Assembly: GCF_963921235.1 (NCBI RefSeq)
Contig: NC_086108.1
Span: forward strand, 105,960,001 to 106,024,000
Direction of reading: 5' to 3'
Length of the DNA: 64,000 nucleotides
Source: Mobula hypostoma
Taxonomy: Eukaryota
The translations under genes were made by a program, and so were the position numbers. The first letter of the stretch is position 1, and every line of letters begins with the position of its first letter. Positions 25,787-39,504 of the stretch are shown piece after piece. Under the pieces are notes generated by a model that did no database searches, had not been told where the DNA came from, and saw nothing but the letters and a program-made list of their open reading frames with translations.

Positions 25787-26696
25787 TTAAATTTTTGTTT
25801 CATCAGACCAGAGGACATTTCTTCAAAAAGTAAGATCTTTGTCCCCACGTGCACTTGCAAACTGTAGTCTGGCTTTTTATGCAGTTTTGGAGCAGTGGCT
25901 TCTTCCTTGCTGAGCAGCCTTTCAGGTTATGTTGATATAGGACTTGTTTTACTGTGGATATAGATACTTGTCTACCTGTTTCCTCCAGCATCTTCACAAG
26001 GTCCTTTGCTGTTGTTCTGGGATTGATTTGTACTTTTCGCGCCAAAGCACGTTCATCTCTAGGAGACAGAATGCAACTCGTTCCTGAGCAGTATGACAGC
26101 TGAGTGGTCCCATGGTGTTTATACCTGCGTACTATTGTTTGTACAAATGAACGTTGTACCTTCAGGCATTTGGGAATTGCTCCCAAGGATGAACCAGACT
26201 TGACATTATTTTCTGACCTCAATCTGATAGAAAATTTGTGGGCAGAACTGAAAAAGCATGTGTGAGCAAGGAGGCCTACAAACCTGACTCAGTTACACCA
26301 GTTCTGTCTGGAGGAATGGAACAAGATTCCAGCAACTTACTGTGAGAAGCTTGCTCCAAAACGTTTGACCCAAGTTAAACAATTTAAAGCTAATGCTACC
26401 AAATACTAACAAAGTGTATGTAAACTTCTGACCCACTGGGGAAGTGATGAAAGAAATAAAAGCTGAAATAAATCATTCTCTCTACTATTATCCTGACACT
26501 TCACATTCTTAAGGTAAAGTAGTATTCCTCACTGACCTAAGACAGGGAATGTTTTCTAGGATTAAATGTCAGGAATTGTGAAACACTGAGTTTAAGTGTA
26601 TTTGGCTAAGGTGTATGTAAACTTCTGACTACAACTGTAAATATACTGTAATTGATTTACATATTCATTTATTATTTTATTATGTTATTTTGTGTG

Positions 26697-27009
26697 TTGG
26701 CGCGTGGCCAAGTGGTTAAGGTGTCGTCTAATGATCTGAAGGTCGCTAGTTCGAGCCTTGGCTGAGGCAGCATGTTGTGTCCTTGAGCAAGGCACTTAAC
26801 CACACATTGCTCTGCGACGACACTGGTGCCAAGCTGTATGGATCCTAATGCCCTTCCCTTGGACAACATTGGTGGTGTGGAGAGGGAAGGCTTGCAGCAT
26901 GGGCAACTGCAGGTCTTCCATACAACCTTGCCCAGGCCTGCACCCTGGAAACCTTCCAAGGCCCAAATCCATGGTCTCATGAGACTAATGGATGCCTATA
27001 TAAAAAAAA
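26697..27009 (+). mobile_element. tRNA-derived SINE with CORE-like body
   Basis: A box tggccaagtgg, B box gttcgagcc, tgtccttgagcaaggcacttaacc, A-rich tail, attatgtt duplication on both sides. Confidence 0.8.
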
Positions 27010-27871
27010 TTATGTTTTTTTTTTACTTTTCTTCTATATTATGTATTGCATTGAACTGCTGCTGATTCTGATGTGCATTTGAGCTGCCAGAGGAAGTGTT
27101 TCAGTTCAGATACAATAAGTATATGGAGAGGAAAGGTTTAGAAGGATATGGGCCAATTGTGGGCAACTGGGACTAGTTTAGGAGTGCACCTCGATTGGCA
27201 AGGATGATTTAGGCTGAAGGACTTGTTCCCTTGCAATATTGATCAAATGTCACTTTAACCAAAAGGACTGTGGTAGCTCACAAATGTGCCTCATTGTCTC
27301 ATTGCCTCCATTTGGAGGACTTTAGGCCTGCATAATAAATTGTGGCCTTGTCAGTGTTGCCTGAATCCTGTGAATTCTAAAATATTGAATATGTATTTAT
27401 ATATATTGGGCCCCATATCTAAGAAAGAATGAAAGAATGTGCTGGCATTGGAGAGGACCCATAGGAGGGTAGCGAGAATGATCACGAAAATTAACTGAAA
27501 CGGATAACATTCAAGGAGTATCACAAACAGGAGAAAATTGGCAGATGCTGGAAATCCGAAGCAACACTCGCAAAATGCTGGAGGAACTCAGCAGGCCAGG
27601 CAGCATCTGTGAAAAAGAGTAAACCGTCGATGTTTCAGACCGAGACCCTTTATCAGGACTGGAAAGAAAGAAGTCCTTTCGGAAGAATCAGAAGTTCTGG
27701 TACATTTTGGTACCAATGCAATAGGTAGGAAAAGGGAGGAGGTGCTGAAGAGAGAATACAGGGAGTTAGGCAGAAAGCTGAAAAGCAGGATCTTCAGGGT
27801 AGTGATCTCAGGGTTGTTGTTTCAGTGATGTGCCAGTAAGGGTAAGAATCGGATGATTTGGCAGATGAATG

Positions 27872-28573
27872 GGGCCATTACGAATGCAATGTTCTGCTAC
27901 CGCCGATTTCTCTGCGTAACCCAAACGCATTCACCTGCTGTGCTCCTTGATGTGGGGTTCACAGTGCGTCCTGTCTGGCCAATATACACTGTTCCACATT
28001 CACAGGAGGTCCTGTAATCACCAGCCGACCTGAACCCCAGGTTATTTTTACCCACATAAGCTGTGATTTGAGCTTCCTTAAAGGTTTGTGGATGGTATTA
28101 ATTAGGTATTTCTTTAGGATCCTAGCGATCCTTCCAGAAATCGTGGAATATATATGGAAGACAGGCAGTAGCGACAGGTTTGGGTTACCCTGAAAACTGT
28201 TGGTAGCAGAACACTGCATTCGCAATAGCCATAGGATTGACTTCGATGGCACAAAACTACTGCGCAGTGCCAATGGATTTTGGGACCACCTGGTAAAGGA
28301 AGCCATTGAAATAAAACTAGAAGAAAAGAATTTTAACAAAGACAAAGATCTTGCTTTAAGTAAGAACTGGAATTCAATTGTAAACAAGTTGGGAGAGTGG
28401 AAACCTGATTGGATGAGGACTAACCAATCAGGAGGGACAGAGTACAGGGGTATAAATACCAGCGAACGAGTTATGTCCAGGCATCATCCCTGATGTAGAT
28501 GGCAGAGTTTGTCATCGAAACATCAGTTATAATTGATACTTGTATCCGGCTGGAAGCCTGAGAAGAGTTTATT
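27872..28573 (+). mobile_element. Penelope-like element (second family) with 5' inversion and decayed hammerhead
   Basis: Minus piece 27872-28178 encodes SCECGTVYIGQTGR; plus piece encodes VAEHC..LVKEAIEI..NFNKD; ctgatgtagatggcagagtttgtcatcgaaacatc near 28490-28524. Confidence 0.85.
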
Positions 28574-28786
28574 CATAGATAGTCATATGGCATAGTTAGA
28601 GAGTGGCAGGTATGATATTGAGGACATCTCTGAGTTGTGGCTGAAGGAAGATCATATTTGGGAGCTCCAAGGATACACATTATATTGAAAGGACATGCAC
28701 ATAGGCAGAGGGGATTGGGTAGTTCTATTGGTAAAAGTGAAGTCAAGCGCTTAGAAAGAGGTGATGTGGGACTAGAAGATGTAGAA

Positions 28787-30415
28787 ACATAGAAACATAG
28801 AAAATAGGTGCAGGAGTAGGCCATTCGGCCCTTCGAGCCTGCACCGCCATTTATTATGATCATGGCTGATCATCCAACTCAGAACCCCGCCCCAGCCTTC
28901 CCTCCATACCCCCTGACCCCCGTAGCCACAAGGGCCATATCTAACGCCCTCTTAAATATAGCCAATGAACTGGCCTCAACAGTTTCCTGTGGCAGAGAAT
29001 TCCACAGATTCACCACTCTCTGTGTGAAGAAGTTTTTCCTAATCTCGGTCCTAAAAGGCTTCCCCTCTATCCTCAAACTGTGGCCCCTCGTTCTGGACTT
29101 GCCCAACATCGGGAACAATCTTCCTGCATCTAGCCTGTCCAATCCCTTTAGGATCTTATACGTTTCAATCAGATCCCCCCTCAATCTTCTAAATTCCAAC
29201 GAGTACAAGCCCAATTCATCCAGTCTTTCTTCATATGAAAGTCCTGCCATCCCAGGAATCAATCTGGTGAACCTTCTTTGTACTCCCTCTATGGCAAAGA
29301 TGTCTTTCCTCAGATTAGGGGACCAAAACTGCACACAATACTCCAGGTGTGGTCTCACCAAGGCCTTGTACAACTGCAGTAGTACCTCCCTGCTCTTGTA
29401 CTCGAATCCTCTCGCTATAAATGCCAGCATACCGTTCGCCTTTTTCACCGCCTGCTGTACCTGCATGCCCACTTTCAATGACTGGTGTATAATGACACCC
29501 AGGTCTCGTTGCACCTCCCCTTTTCCTAATCGGCCACCATTCAGATAATAATCTGTTTTCCTATTTTTGCCATCAAAGTGGATAACTTCACATTTATCCA
29601 CATTAAATTGCATCTGCCATGAATTTGCCCACTCACCCAACCTATCCAAGTCACCCTGCATCCTCTTAGCATCCTCCTCACTGCTAACACTGCCACCCAG
29701 CTTCGTGTCATCCGCAAACTTGGAGATGCTGCATTTAATTCCCTCATCCAAGTCATTAATATATATTGTAAACAACTGGGGTCCCAGCACTGAGCCTTGC
29801 GGTACCCCACTAGTCACCGCCTGCCATTCTGAAAAGGTCCCGTTTATTCCCACTCTTTGCTTCCTGTCTGCTAACCAATTCTCCACCCACACCAATACCT
29901 TACCCCCAATACCGTGTGCTTTAAGTTTGCACACTAATCTCCTGTGTGGGACCTTGTCAAAAGCCTTTTGAAAATCCAAATATACCCCATCCACTATACT
30001 AGTTACATCCTCAAAAAATTCTATGAGATTCGTCAGACATGATTTTCCTTTCACAAATCCATGCTGACTTTGTCCGATCATTTCACCGCTTTCCAAATGT
30101 GCTGTTATCACATCCTTGATAACTGACTCCAGCAGTTTCCCCACCACCGACGTTAGGCTAACCGGTCTATAATTCCCCGGTTTCTCTCTCCCTCCTTTTT
30201 TAAAAAGTGGGGTTACATTAGCCACCCTCCAATCCTCAGGAACTAGTCCAGAATCTAACGAGTTTTGAAAAATTATCACTAATGCATCCACTATTTCTTG
30301 GGCTACTTCTTTAAGCACTCTAGGATGCAGACCATCTGGCCCTGGGGATTTATCTGCCTTCAATCCCTTCAATTTACCTAACACCACTTCCCTACTAACA
30401 TGTAGGGAACACTAC
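28787..30415 (-). mobile_element. Young 5'-truncated CR1 with open 502-aa RT frame
   Basis: ORF 28879-30387; (TTTCTATG)n tail; TSD gatgtagaa at 28778-28786 and 30416-30424. Confidence 0.95.
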
Positions 30416-32914
30416 GATGTAGAATCGTTATGGATAGAGTTAAGAAAAATTCAAGGGTAAAAGAAACACCGATGGGAGTTATATACAAGCAGCTGATTAA
30501 CCAGGATTTGGGAGACAAAAACAACGGGAAATAGAAAAGGCACGTATTAAGGGCACTGTTATGATATTTAGGGAGGATTTCCATATGTAGATAGATTGGG
30601 AAAATGAGGTTGCTACTAGATCTCAAGAGTGGGTATTTGTAAATGCCTATGTGATGGCTTTTTAGAGCAGAGCTTGAGCCCACTAGGTGAAAGGCAGTTC
30701 TAGACTGGGTGTTATGTGATGATCCAGATTTGATCAAGGAACCTTGGATAAAGGAACCCTTCAGAGACAGTTACCATCATATGATAGAATTCACCCTGTA
30801 GTTTGAGAGGGAGAAGCTGTAGTCAGATGTATCCACATTACAGTGGAGTAAAGGGAATTACAGAGGCATGAGAGTGGAGCTGGCCAATTTTGATTGGAAG
30901 GGCACACAAGCAGGGACGACAGCAGAACAGCAATGGCTGGAGACTCTGGGAGCAATTTGGAAAGCACAATATAGATACTTCCCAAAGCTGAAGAGATACT
31001 AAAGGCAGGATAATGCAAATATGGCTTACAAGGACAATAGAGACTCTCTCCTGCCCAGCAAACACTGGAGAGGGGGAGGGTGTGAATATTTTTCAGATAC
31101 TGTATTTAAAGAATAAAAGATAGACATGAGTGGATATCAGCCCACTGGAAAATGATGCTGGAGAGGTAGGTATAGAGGACAAAGAAATGGATGATGAACT
31201 TAATAATTATTTTGCGCCAGTCTTCACTGTGGAAAGCACTGCCAGAAATTCAGGAGTATCGGGGACAGAAGTGAGTTTCGTTGCTGTTACTAAGGAGAAG
31301 GTTCTTTGGAAGCTCAAAGGTCTGAAGGTAGATAGTCATCAGGACCAGATGCACAGGGTTCTGAAAGAGGTAGCTGAAGAGATCGTGGAGACGTTCGTAA
31401 TGACCTTTCAAGAATCATTAGATTCGGGAATGGTCCAAATGGGTTGGTAAGCTGCAAATGTCACTCGACTCTTTAAAAAGGGAGGAAGGCAGAAGAAAGA
31501 AAAGTATAGGCTAGTTAGTCTGACTTCAATGGTTTGGAAAATGTTGGAGTCCATTATTAAGGGAATATCTTTTCTGACAAATCTGTTGGAATTCTTTGAG
31601 AAAATAACAAGTAGGATAGACAAAGGAGAGTCAGTGGATGTTTTTTGCTTTTATTTTCAGAAGGCCTTTGACAAAGTACTGCACATGAGGCTGTTTAACA
31701 AGAGCCCATATATTACAGGAAAGATAGTCGTGTAGATAAAAGATTGACTGACTGGCAGGAGGCAAAGACTGGGAATAAAGGGGACCTTTTCAGGTTGGCG
31801 ATTGGTGACTAGTGTTGTTGCAAAGGGACTGATTCTTTTTACGTTATATGTCAATGACATAGATAATGGAATTGATGGCTTTGTGGCAAAGCTTATGAAT
31901 GAAACAAACATAGGTGGAAGGGCAGCTAGGGTTGAGGAAGCAAAAAGTCTGCAGAAGGACTTAGACCAATTGGGAGAACGTGTTAAGATCCAGCAAATGG
32001 AAAACAGTGCAGGTAAGTGTATGGTCATGCACTTTGGCAAAAAGAATGCAGTTGTAGACTATTTTCTAAATGGGGAGAAAATTCAAACATTGGAGCTGCA
32101 AATGGACTTGGGAGTCTTCATGCAGGATTCCCTAAAGGTTAACTTGTAGTTTCAGTGGTAAGGAAGGCAAACGCAATGTTGGCATTCATTTCAAAAGGAC
32201 TAGGATATAAAAGCAAGGATGTGACGCCAAGGCTTTACCAGGCATTCATTAGACCACTCTTGGAGTATTGTGAGCAATTTTGGGCTCCTTATCTAAAAAA
32301 GAGAGACCAAGAGTATTTTCACGAGAATGATTCTGGGAATGAATAGGTTAATGTATGAGGAGATTGATGGCTCTGGGCTTGTACTCAGTGGAGCTTAGAA
32401 GAATGGGGATGAGGGAACTTATTGAAACCTATTGAATATTGAAATCCTTAGATCGAGTGGATGTGGAGGTAATGTTTCCTATAGTGGGGGATTCTGAGAG
32501 CACTGCCTCAGAATAGAGAGATGTCTGTTTAGAACAGAGGAAAGGAGGAATTTCTTTAGCCAGAACATAGTGAATCTGTGGAATTCATTGACGCAGACAG
32601 ATGTGGAAGCCAAGTCATTAGGTCTATTTAAAGTGGAGCTCAATAGGTTTGTGATTAGTAAGAATGCCAAAGGTTACAGCGAGAAGCCAGGCGAATGAGG
32701 TTGAGGGGAATAATAAATCAGACATGATGGAATGAATGAGCAGACTTGATGGGCTGACGGCTTAATTCTTCTTCTACGAGTTATGGTCTAATGGTCTAAA
32801 GAGGGGAATGGTGTTGAGAGGGGAACTAAATAAGCCATAATTGAATGACGGAGCAGACTATAATGGGTTGACCCATTTCTGCTCCTGTGGCTATTTTGCC
32901 AAAAACAATAAGAA

Positions 32915-34655
32915 GATAGTAATGTGGTAAGTTGGATCAGCAAATTTGCTGATGATACAAAGATTGGAGATGTAGTGGACAGTGAGGAAGGTTTTCAAAG
33001 CTTGTAGAGGGATTTGAACAGCTGGAAAAATGGGCTGAAAAATGACAGATGGAGTTTAATATAGACAAGTGTGAGGTATTGCACTTTGGAAGGACAAACC
33101 AAGGTAGAACATACAAGGTAAATGGTAAGGCACTGAGGAGTGCAGAAGAACAGAGGGATCTGGAAGTACAGATAGAAAATTTCCTAAAAGTGGTGTCATA
33201 GGTAGATAGGGTCGTAAAGAGAGTTTTTGGTACATTGGCCTTTATAAATCAAAATATTGAGTATAAGAGTTGGAATGTTATGGAGAGGTTGTATAAGGCA
33301 TTGGTGAGGCCGAATCTGGAGTATTGTGTGCAGTTTTGGTCACCAAATTACAGGAAAGATATTAATAAGGGTGAAAGAGTGCAGAGAAAGTTTACAAGGA
33401 TGTTGCTGGGACTTGAGAAACTCAGTTACAGAGAAAGGTTGAATAGGTTGGGACTTTATTCCCTGGAGCGTAGAAGAATGAGGGGAGATTTGATAGAGGT
33501 ATATAAAATTATGATGGGTATAGATAGAGTGAATGCAAGCAGGCTTTTTCCCATGAGGCTAGGGGAGAAAAAAAGCAGAGGACATGGGTTAAGGGTGAAG
33601 GGGGAAAAGTTTAAACAGAACATTGGGGGGGCTTCTTCATACAGAGAGTGGTGGGAGTGTGGAATTGTCATAGGGAGGTGGCTGGGATCGGACCCAAGTG
33701 GAAGATCCAGACACTGAAGTACTAGGGACAGGACTAGGATACAGGGTGAGGGCTAGGACATGGACACGAAAACCAAGAACCCGGAACAGGACAAGACAAG
33801 AGAGCTAGGAGCCAGGCCTTGGTTTCCGAGCCAGAGATTGGACAAGGACCCTGAACCTGATTCTTGCCTCTGGCTCGGACCCCAGAGCTAGGCAAGGACG
33901 TGACTTGGCTGGCAGGCAGGACGAGACTGGAGACCAGAGACAAGAGACCAGAGACCAGAGGCTTGAAGCTTGGCTCGAGACGAGGCTCGACTAGAGACTT
34001 GAGGCGAGGTGAGGCTAGAGGCTTGGGGTCTTGAAGCTCCTCCTGGGCAGGGCGTGGTACTCCACCCGATGGAGGCAAGGGACAGGAAGGGACAGAACCC
34101 ACCGCAGGGTAACGGCAATCTGGCTTGGCTTACCCAATGGAGGCAAGGGACAGGAAGGGAGCTAGGTACGGGGTGGCTCCAAGACAAGACTTCAGGCGAG
34201 ATGAGGCGAGAGTTACCGGAAAGACAAGGCAAGGCCTCAGGCAAGGAAACAGAAGGCAGGGGAAGGGATACAAGGAGTAAGGACAAGAACAATCCAGCAC
34301 CCACGCTCTGGTCTCTGGAGGTATTTATGCAGCCAGCCCCAAGGGGAATCAGTTGCTTCAATTAGTGCTCAAGAGGAACAGAAACAGGGTAGACCAGAAA
34401 ACCTGAAGCAAGGGTCGATGGACCGGACCGTGAACTGGAATGCGGACTTCACGGACTGGACCATGACAGGAATGAGCTGCCAGATGAAGTGGTAAATGCG
34501 GGCTCACTTTTAACATTTAAGGAAAAATTAGAAAGGTACATGGATGAGAGGTGTATGGAATGATATGGTCCAGGTGCAGGTCAGTGAGACTAGGCAGAAA
34601 AATGGGTTCGGCGCAGCCAAGAGGGGCCAAAAGGCCTGTTTCTGTGCTGTAACGC
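32915..34655 (+). mobile_element. CR1 3' fragment interrupted by a solo LTR
   Basis: [31 protein letters not shown]; resumes at 34469. Confidence 0.85.
33666..34468 (-). mobile_element. Solo LTR (803 bp)
   Basis: TGTCAT...ATGACA termini, exact 5-bp TSD ggaat; minus-strand CATAAATA near 34325. Confidence 0.88.
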
Positions 34656-35379
34656 ATTCTGACTGTTGCATCATGACCTGGTAAACTACAATGCACAGAA
34701 TCTCAAGTGGCTTTAGCAAGTGGTCGACTCAGTCACTTCCATCATGGGTCTGTGTATCCCCACCATCAGGGCTATCTTCCTGAGGTGATGTCTCAGGAAG
34801 CTGACGTCCATTAGGGATCCCATCATCCAGCTGTGCTCTCTACTTGATGCTGCCGTCAGGCAGCAAGTGCAGGCACATTGAGACTGACATTTCAAGGTTC
34901 AGCAAAATCTTCTTCCACACTGCCATCAGGTTCTTGAACCTGATCTGAAATTGCTTAGCTCCACCTCAGGCGGTTTTTCTTTTAATCTCTCTCTCTCAAC
35001 TTGCTGTGGAGTTCTTCTGTTTATTTAGAGGCACCGTACAATAACAGGCCCTTCCAGCCCAACAAGCCGATTTACACACCCTGTGGCCAACTCGTCAGCT
35101 CACCCAAAATGTCTTCAGAATGTGTGAGGAAACTGGAAGCCTTCTGGTCCAGGATCGCTGGCGAAGCTCAGCAAGAAAGAAAACAACTAAATACTTCATT
35201 CGTTACACTTTTTCGGCTAAACTGTCACTGCAAACAATAGACTGTAACTGCCATGTTGAAGTTGAGCTTTTGAACTGCCCGTCTGACATGGCATTTTTGC
35301 AGTGGGAACTGAAGTCCTGAAGGTGTAGGACAGCTGCAACGTGGCGTTCATGGGCTGAGTCAAGGGGGTGCGGTCTGGG

Positions 35380-36055
35380 CTGGAGAGCAGGGAACGAGCC
35401 TGTGTTTGGCCATTCCTGGAGCGAATCTGGAGGCAAGCTGATTCGGCAGAACTGAGGTGGCAATGCAGAGTGCAGGCAGCGGGGCCGGAACCTGGGCCTG
35501 AGAGTGAGGAAGGACCCAAGGTTTGATTGATTTAAGTGACGAGCCGAATTGGAGAAGTTGGGTACGGGTCGAATTGAGGTGGCAGGGTAGTGGTCAGAAA
35601 GCATAATGAAGTGGCAGGGTCCAGATTTGAAGGGCAAGATCTGGACAATTTAAGTGCCAGGCCAGATTGCAAAGGACAGGGTGACTGAGCCAGAGGTGAG
35701 GTACGGGCCAGTTCAAATCTCTGCTCCGCAAGGTTTTCTCGTCTCCGTGTCGAACTTCAGCTTATTACTCTGCGAGGTTTATTCAGCTGTGACTGTGGCC
35801 TGCAACTATCACAGTGTGAATTCACTTTTGTGAACTACAGTTCTGAATGCATTTTGCTTGCTTTTATTGTTTGCATGTTTGATTTTCTTTTTTTCTCTGC
35901 ACATTGGGTGTTTGACTGTCTTCTTTTGTTTTAGTCATAGTCATAGTCCTACTTTATGATTACTGGGTTTTATTGGGTTTCTTTGTTTTAAGCTGCCTCA
36001 ACAAGGTTGTATAAGGTATACATACTTCGATAATAAATGTATTTTGAATTCTGAC
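35380..36055 (+). mobile_element. Non-autonomous LINE-tailed element
   Basis: Ends tatacatacttcgataataaatgtattttga; body shared with 41960-42345. Confidence 0.5.
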
Positions 36056-36133
36056 TTTGAGCACTCTGAGAAATCCACTTGGACAAGGGGAGACCATATA
36101 AATCCTTACAGGCAGCGGTGGAATTGTACTCCA

Positions 36134-38173
36134 CTGTAACCAAAAAGACATAGATCGCACATTAACAGCCCAGTAATACATTCTTAAATTAGGCAAAGTG
36201 AGACCTCCCTCCTTTTTCAACTTTTGTAAGTGACATTTACTAATTCTTGGTCTTTTATTATTCCAAATAAAAGATAAAATAATAGAATCAATCCGATCAA
36301 AAAACTTCTTAGTCAGAAAAACAGGGATATTCTGAAATAAATATAAACATTTTGGTAAAATCATCATTTTGACTATATGGATGCAACGAACAAGTGAAAA
36401 TGTAAGTGGGTTCCATCTACTAAATAAATACTTCATAGAATCTACCAAGGGTACAAAATTAGCTTTATAAAGATCCTTATATTTTTAGTGATTATAACAC
36501 CTAAGTATCTAAAGGAATCTGTGACTTTGAAAGGAGTATTATCATATGTAGAAACAGATTCATTTAAAGGAAACAGTTCACTTTTACTAAAATTTACTTT
36601 ATATCCTGAAAAATCTCCAAATTCATGAAATGATTTGAGCAAGGCAGGAATAGATTCCTCGGGATCGGTTATATAAACCAGTAAATCGTCAGCATAAAGA
36701 GAAATCTTATAAATGGTCTCATTCACAAAAACTCCATAAATATCTTTAGCTTCACAAAGAGCAATAGCAAAGGGTTCTAGTATTAAATTAAATAACAAAG
36801 GACTTAATGGACAACCTTGTCTGGGTTGATAAGAATGATTGGAAATTTGGGTAGTCTTGGAATTGAAAGCTGTGAAACAGTTTTATTTAACCTCATTATT
36901 GGGAGCTGCTTTACCTGTACAATTCACTAAAGTTGCTAATTTAAATCTATACCCTGTGATTAAGCATTCTTTACAAACTTGGCTCCAGTTCCATAATTTT
37001 TTTAATCTTAAAAATTTTAAACTTTGTAGTTTAATTTATCGAAATTACTTTTTTAAGCCTTCTTTGAGTGATCCAGTTTTTTTACTTTGGAAAAATAAAG
37101 GTATTAATTCTTTTTTGGATTTATTTAAAGAAGCTAGACTGATGTCTTTTGAACAATTAGTTGATAAAAATTCTCTTTCGTACTCACACATTTTACAATA
37201 CCTTCAAGTTAGACATTTCTTACAAAAATATTTAAGTAATTTTCCTTACATATTGAATGCTGACCTGTTCGATACTATTACATTTATAATTTACTATTAC
37301 AATGGGATAAGCGTCCTTTATTTAAGATTAAACAAGATTGGGAAAAGGAACTTAATTTGACTCTTATGACAGAGGACTGGACGCAGATTCTGAAGTTGGT
37401 TAATTCTTCTTCAATCTGTGCTAGTTATTCACTAATTCAATTTAAAATTGTACATCGTTACTATTTGACAAAGGAGAGATTGTCTAAAATGTTTCCTAAT
37501 ATTGATAGTTATTGCGATAGATGTAAAACTGAGACAGCTACACTGACACACATGTTTTGGTCCTGTTCTATACTGGAACAGTTCTGGAAGTCAGTTTTTT
37601 CTACAATTTCTAAAGCACTTAAAATTAATTTACAACCTAACAAATTAACTGTGTTTTTTGGAATAATTCCTCAAAATATCCGCGGTATCTCTTTGTCTGA
37701 CCAACATGTTATTGCATTTGTTACATTGATAGCTTGGAGGGCCATTTTGTTGAAGTGGAAGGATACGTCGGCTCCCATTTTGTCACAATGGTTCTCTCAA
37801 GTGATGCTATGTCTTAGTTTGGAGAAAATTAGAAGTCGAACCTTTGAACCTATGTTTGATTTTGAGAAAAGATGGGGTTCATTTGCTCATTATTATCATT
37901 TGAGCTAATTGATAGATTTCCTCCATGATCAAATTGTAAATTTTTGGTACTTTTTTTTCTTGCTGGCAGTTTGATGTTTATCTTGAGAAGCTTTTTGTAT
38001 GATGCATGGCTCCGGGGTTGAACACCTATTTTTTAGGTTTTTTTTCTCTTTTTTTGGTCACCAAAATTTTTTGAATCTTTAAAACAATGTCTTTTTTTGA
38101 AACATTGTAAGTGTTGCCTACTTCGATGTACTCTTGTTAATTTTGGATAATAATAATAAAAAAGATTTGAAAA
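36134..38173 (+). mobile_element. L1 LINE, 5'-truncated, with twin-priming inversion (36134-~36823 inverted)
   Basis: Minus piece RQGCPLSPLLF, SLYADD, GYKVNFSKSE, GGLTLPN; plus piece CDRC..HMFWSC; AATAAA tail; TSD ggaattgtac(t/c)cca at 36120 and 38174. Confidence 0.92.
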
Positions 38174-39320
38174 GGAATTGTACCCCATTCACAGGGACTG
38201 TAATATTTTTATGCTATCCATTGTGCTATTGAACTACCCCAAAATATATTTCATGCTGCATCAAAATTTATGCAATTGTGTGGTGTAAATTGTGCATAAT
38301 TTATGTTAATTTAGGTTTATGTTAACGTGTTTAAATGACCAGTGCTGCAGCTGCAAGAAGCTAACCTTCATGGCATTTTCACTTCATATTATTTATTTAT
38401 TTATTTATTGCGATAGCGTGTGGAATAGGCCCTTCCGATTCTTCAAGCAACACCAGCCAACAATCCCCCAATTTAATCTGAGCCTAATCATGGGAAAATT
38501 TACATTGACCAATTAGCCTACCAACTGGCTTGTCTTTGGACTGTGGGAGGAAACCAGAGCACCCAGAGGAAACCCACGCAGTCACAGTGAGAACATACAA
38601 ACTCCCAGCGTGGAAATTGTACCCAAGTCACATGCACTGCAAAGTGTTTTGCTAACCACTACGCTACCATGCCAAGTAACTTGAACATGAGGTTGATAGG
38701 GTATTAAGTGCTTCAAAGCCCAAAGGTCCAAGTCGTTTTATTATCAAAGCACATACGTGTATATACATACAAAGTAGATACATGTATACCCCCTTGACAT
38801 GTGTTTTCTTCAGGTATTCACATGAAAATAAAGAAATACAAAAGAATTTATGAAAACTCTAAACAACCAAGACTGACAACCAATGTGCAAAAGAAGACAA
38901 ATTGTCAAAATTGTAGAATTCTTGAAAGTGAGTCAATAGTTTGTGGAGTCAGTTTAGAGTTGCTGGGAGTGAAGTTATCCACGCCAGTTCAGGAGCCTGG
39001 TAGTTGAAGAAAAGTAATAGTCCCAGTACCTGGTGGTGAGGGACCTATGGCTCCTGTACCTCTAGTCCAATGGAGGCATTTGCCCCCCTTTCCCTCAGCT
39101 ACCAGACATTTTTCTGCAAGTGTCTGGTGTGGGATTTTTCAAGTTCACGTAGGACTCTGACAGGTCTTAAATTTAACACTTCCCTTCAGCACAGGCCTCC
39201 AGCAGAGCATAACTCCCCCTAAATCAAGCTGCAGAGACAGCCAGGTTACACATTCAGGTCCCAGAGTGGGATTTGGACCCACAAGACTTGGAGATGAGAA
39301 GGCTGTTTGCTCAAACTCAC

Positions 39321-39393
39321 CTAAATGTGCTGGCAGTTCTGACCGCAGGAATTCAACCACTCCACAGCCCAAAGCCACGAACAAAACATTTTC
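39321..39393 (-). CDS. Candidate internal exon, 73 nt, phase 0-1 (ENVLFVALGCGVVEFLRSELPAHL)
   Basis: gtttctttttag acceptor, AG|gtgagt donor, unique sequence, only one frame fully open. Confidence 0.6.
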
Positions 39394-39504
39394 CTAAAAA
39401 GAAACACCAGCGCTAACGACCAGATCTGTGTGCAGCGTTGTAATCCTGTTGATCCAGAATGCTTAAGGCCTTAATTGCTGCTGAAATACGATTGCATGTT
39501 TGTG

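Larger units (their letters stand above)
27690..32790 (+). mobile_element. Old degraded CR1 LINE hosting a Penelope element and a young CR1
   Basis: ORF1 esterase 27690-27870, APE 28575-28786 resuming at 30416, RT and 3' UTR to ~32790. Confidence 0.8.

Noticed and set aside
33734..34365. Coding ORFs of 118-157 aa
   Set aside because: Low-complexity frames wholly inside a solo LTR
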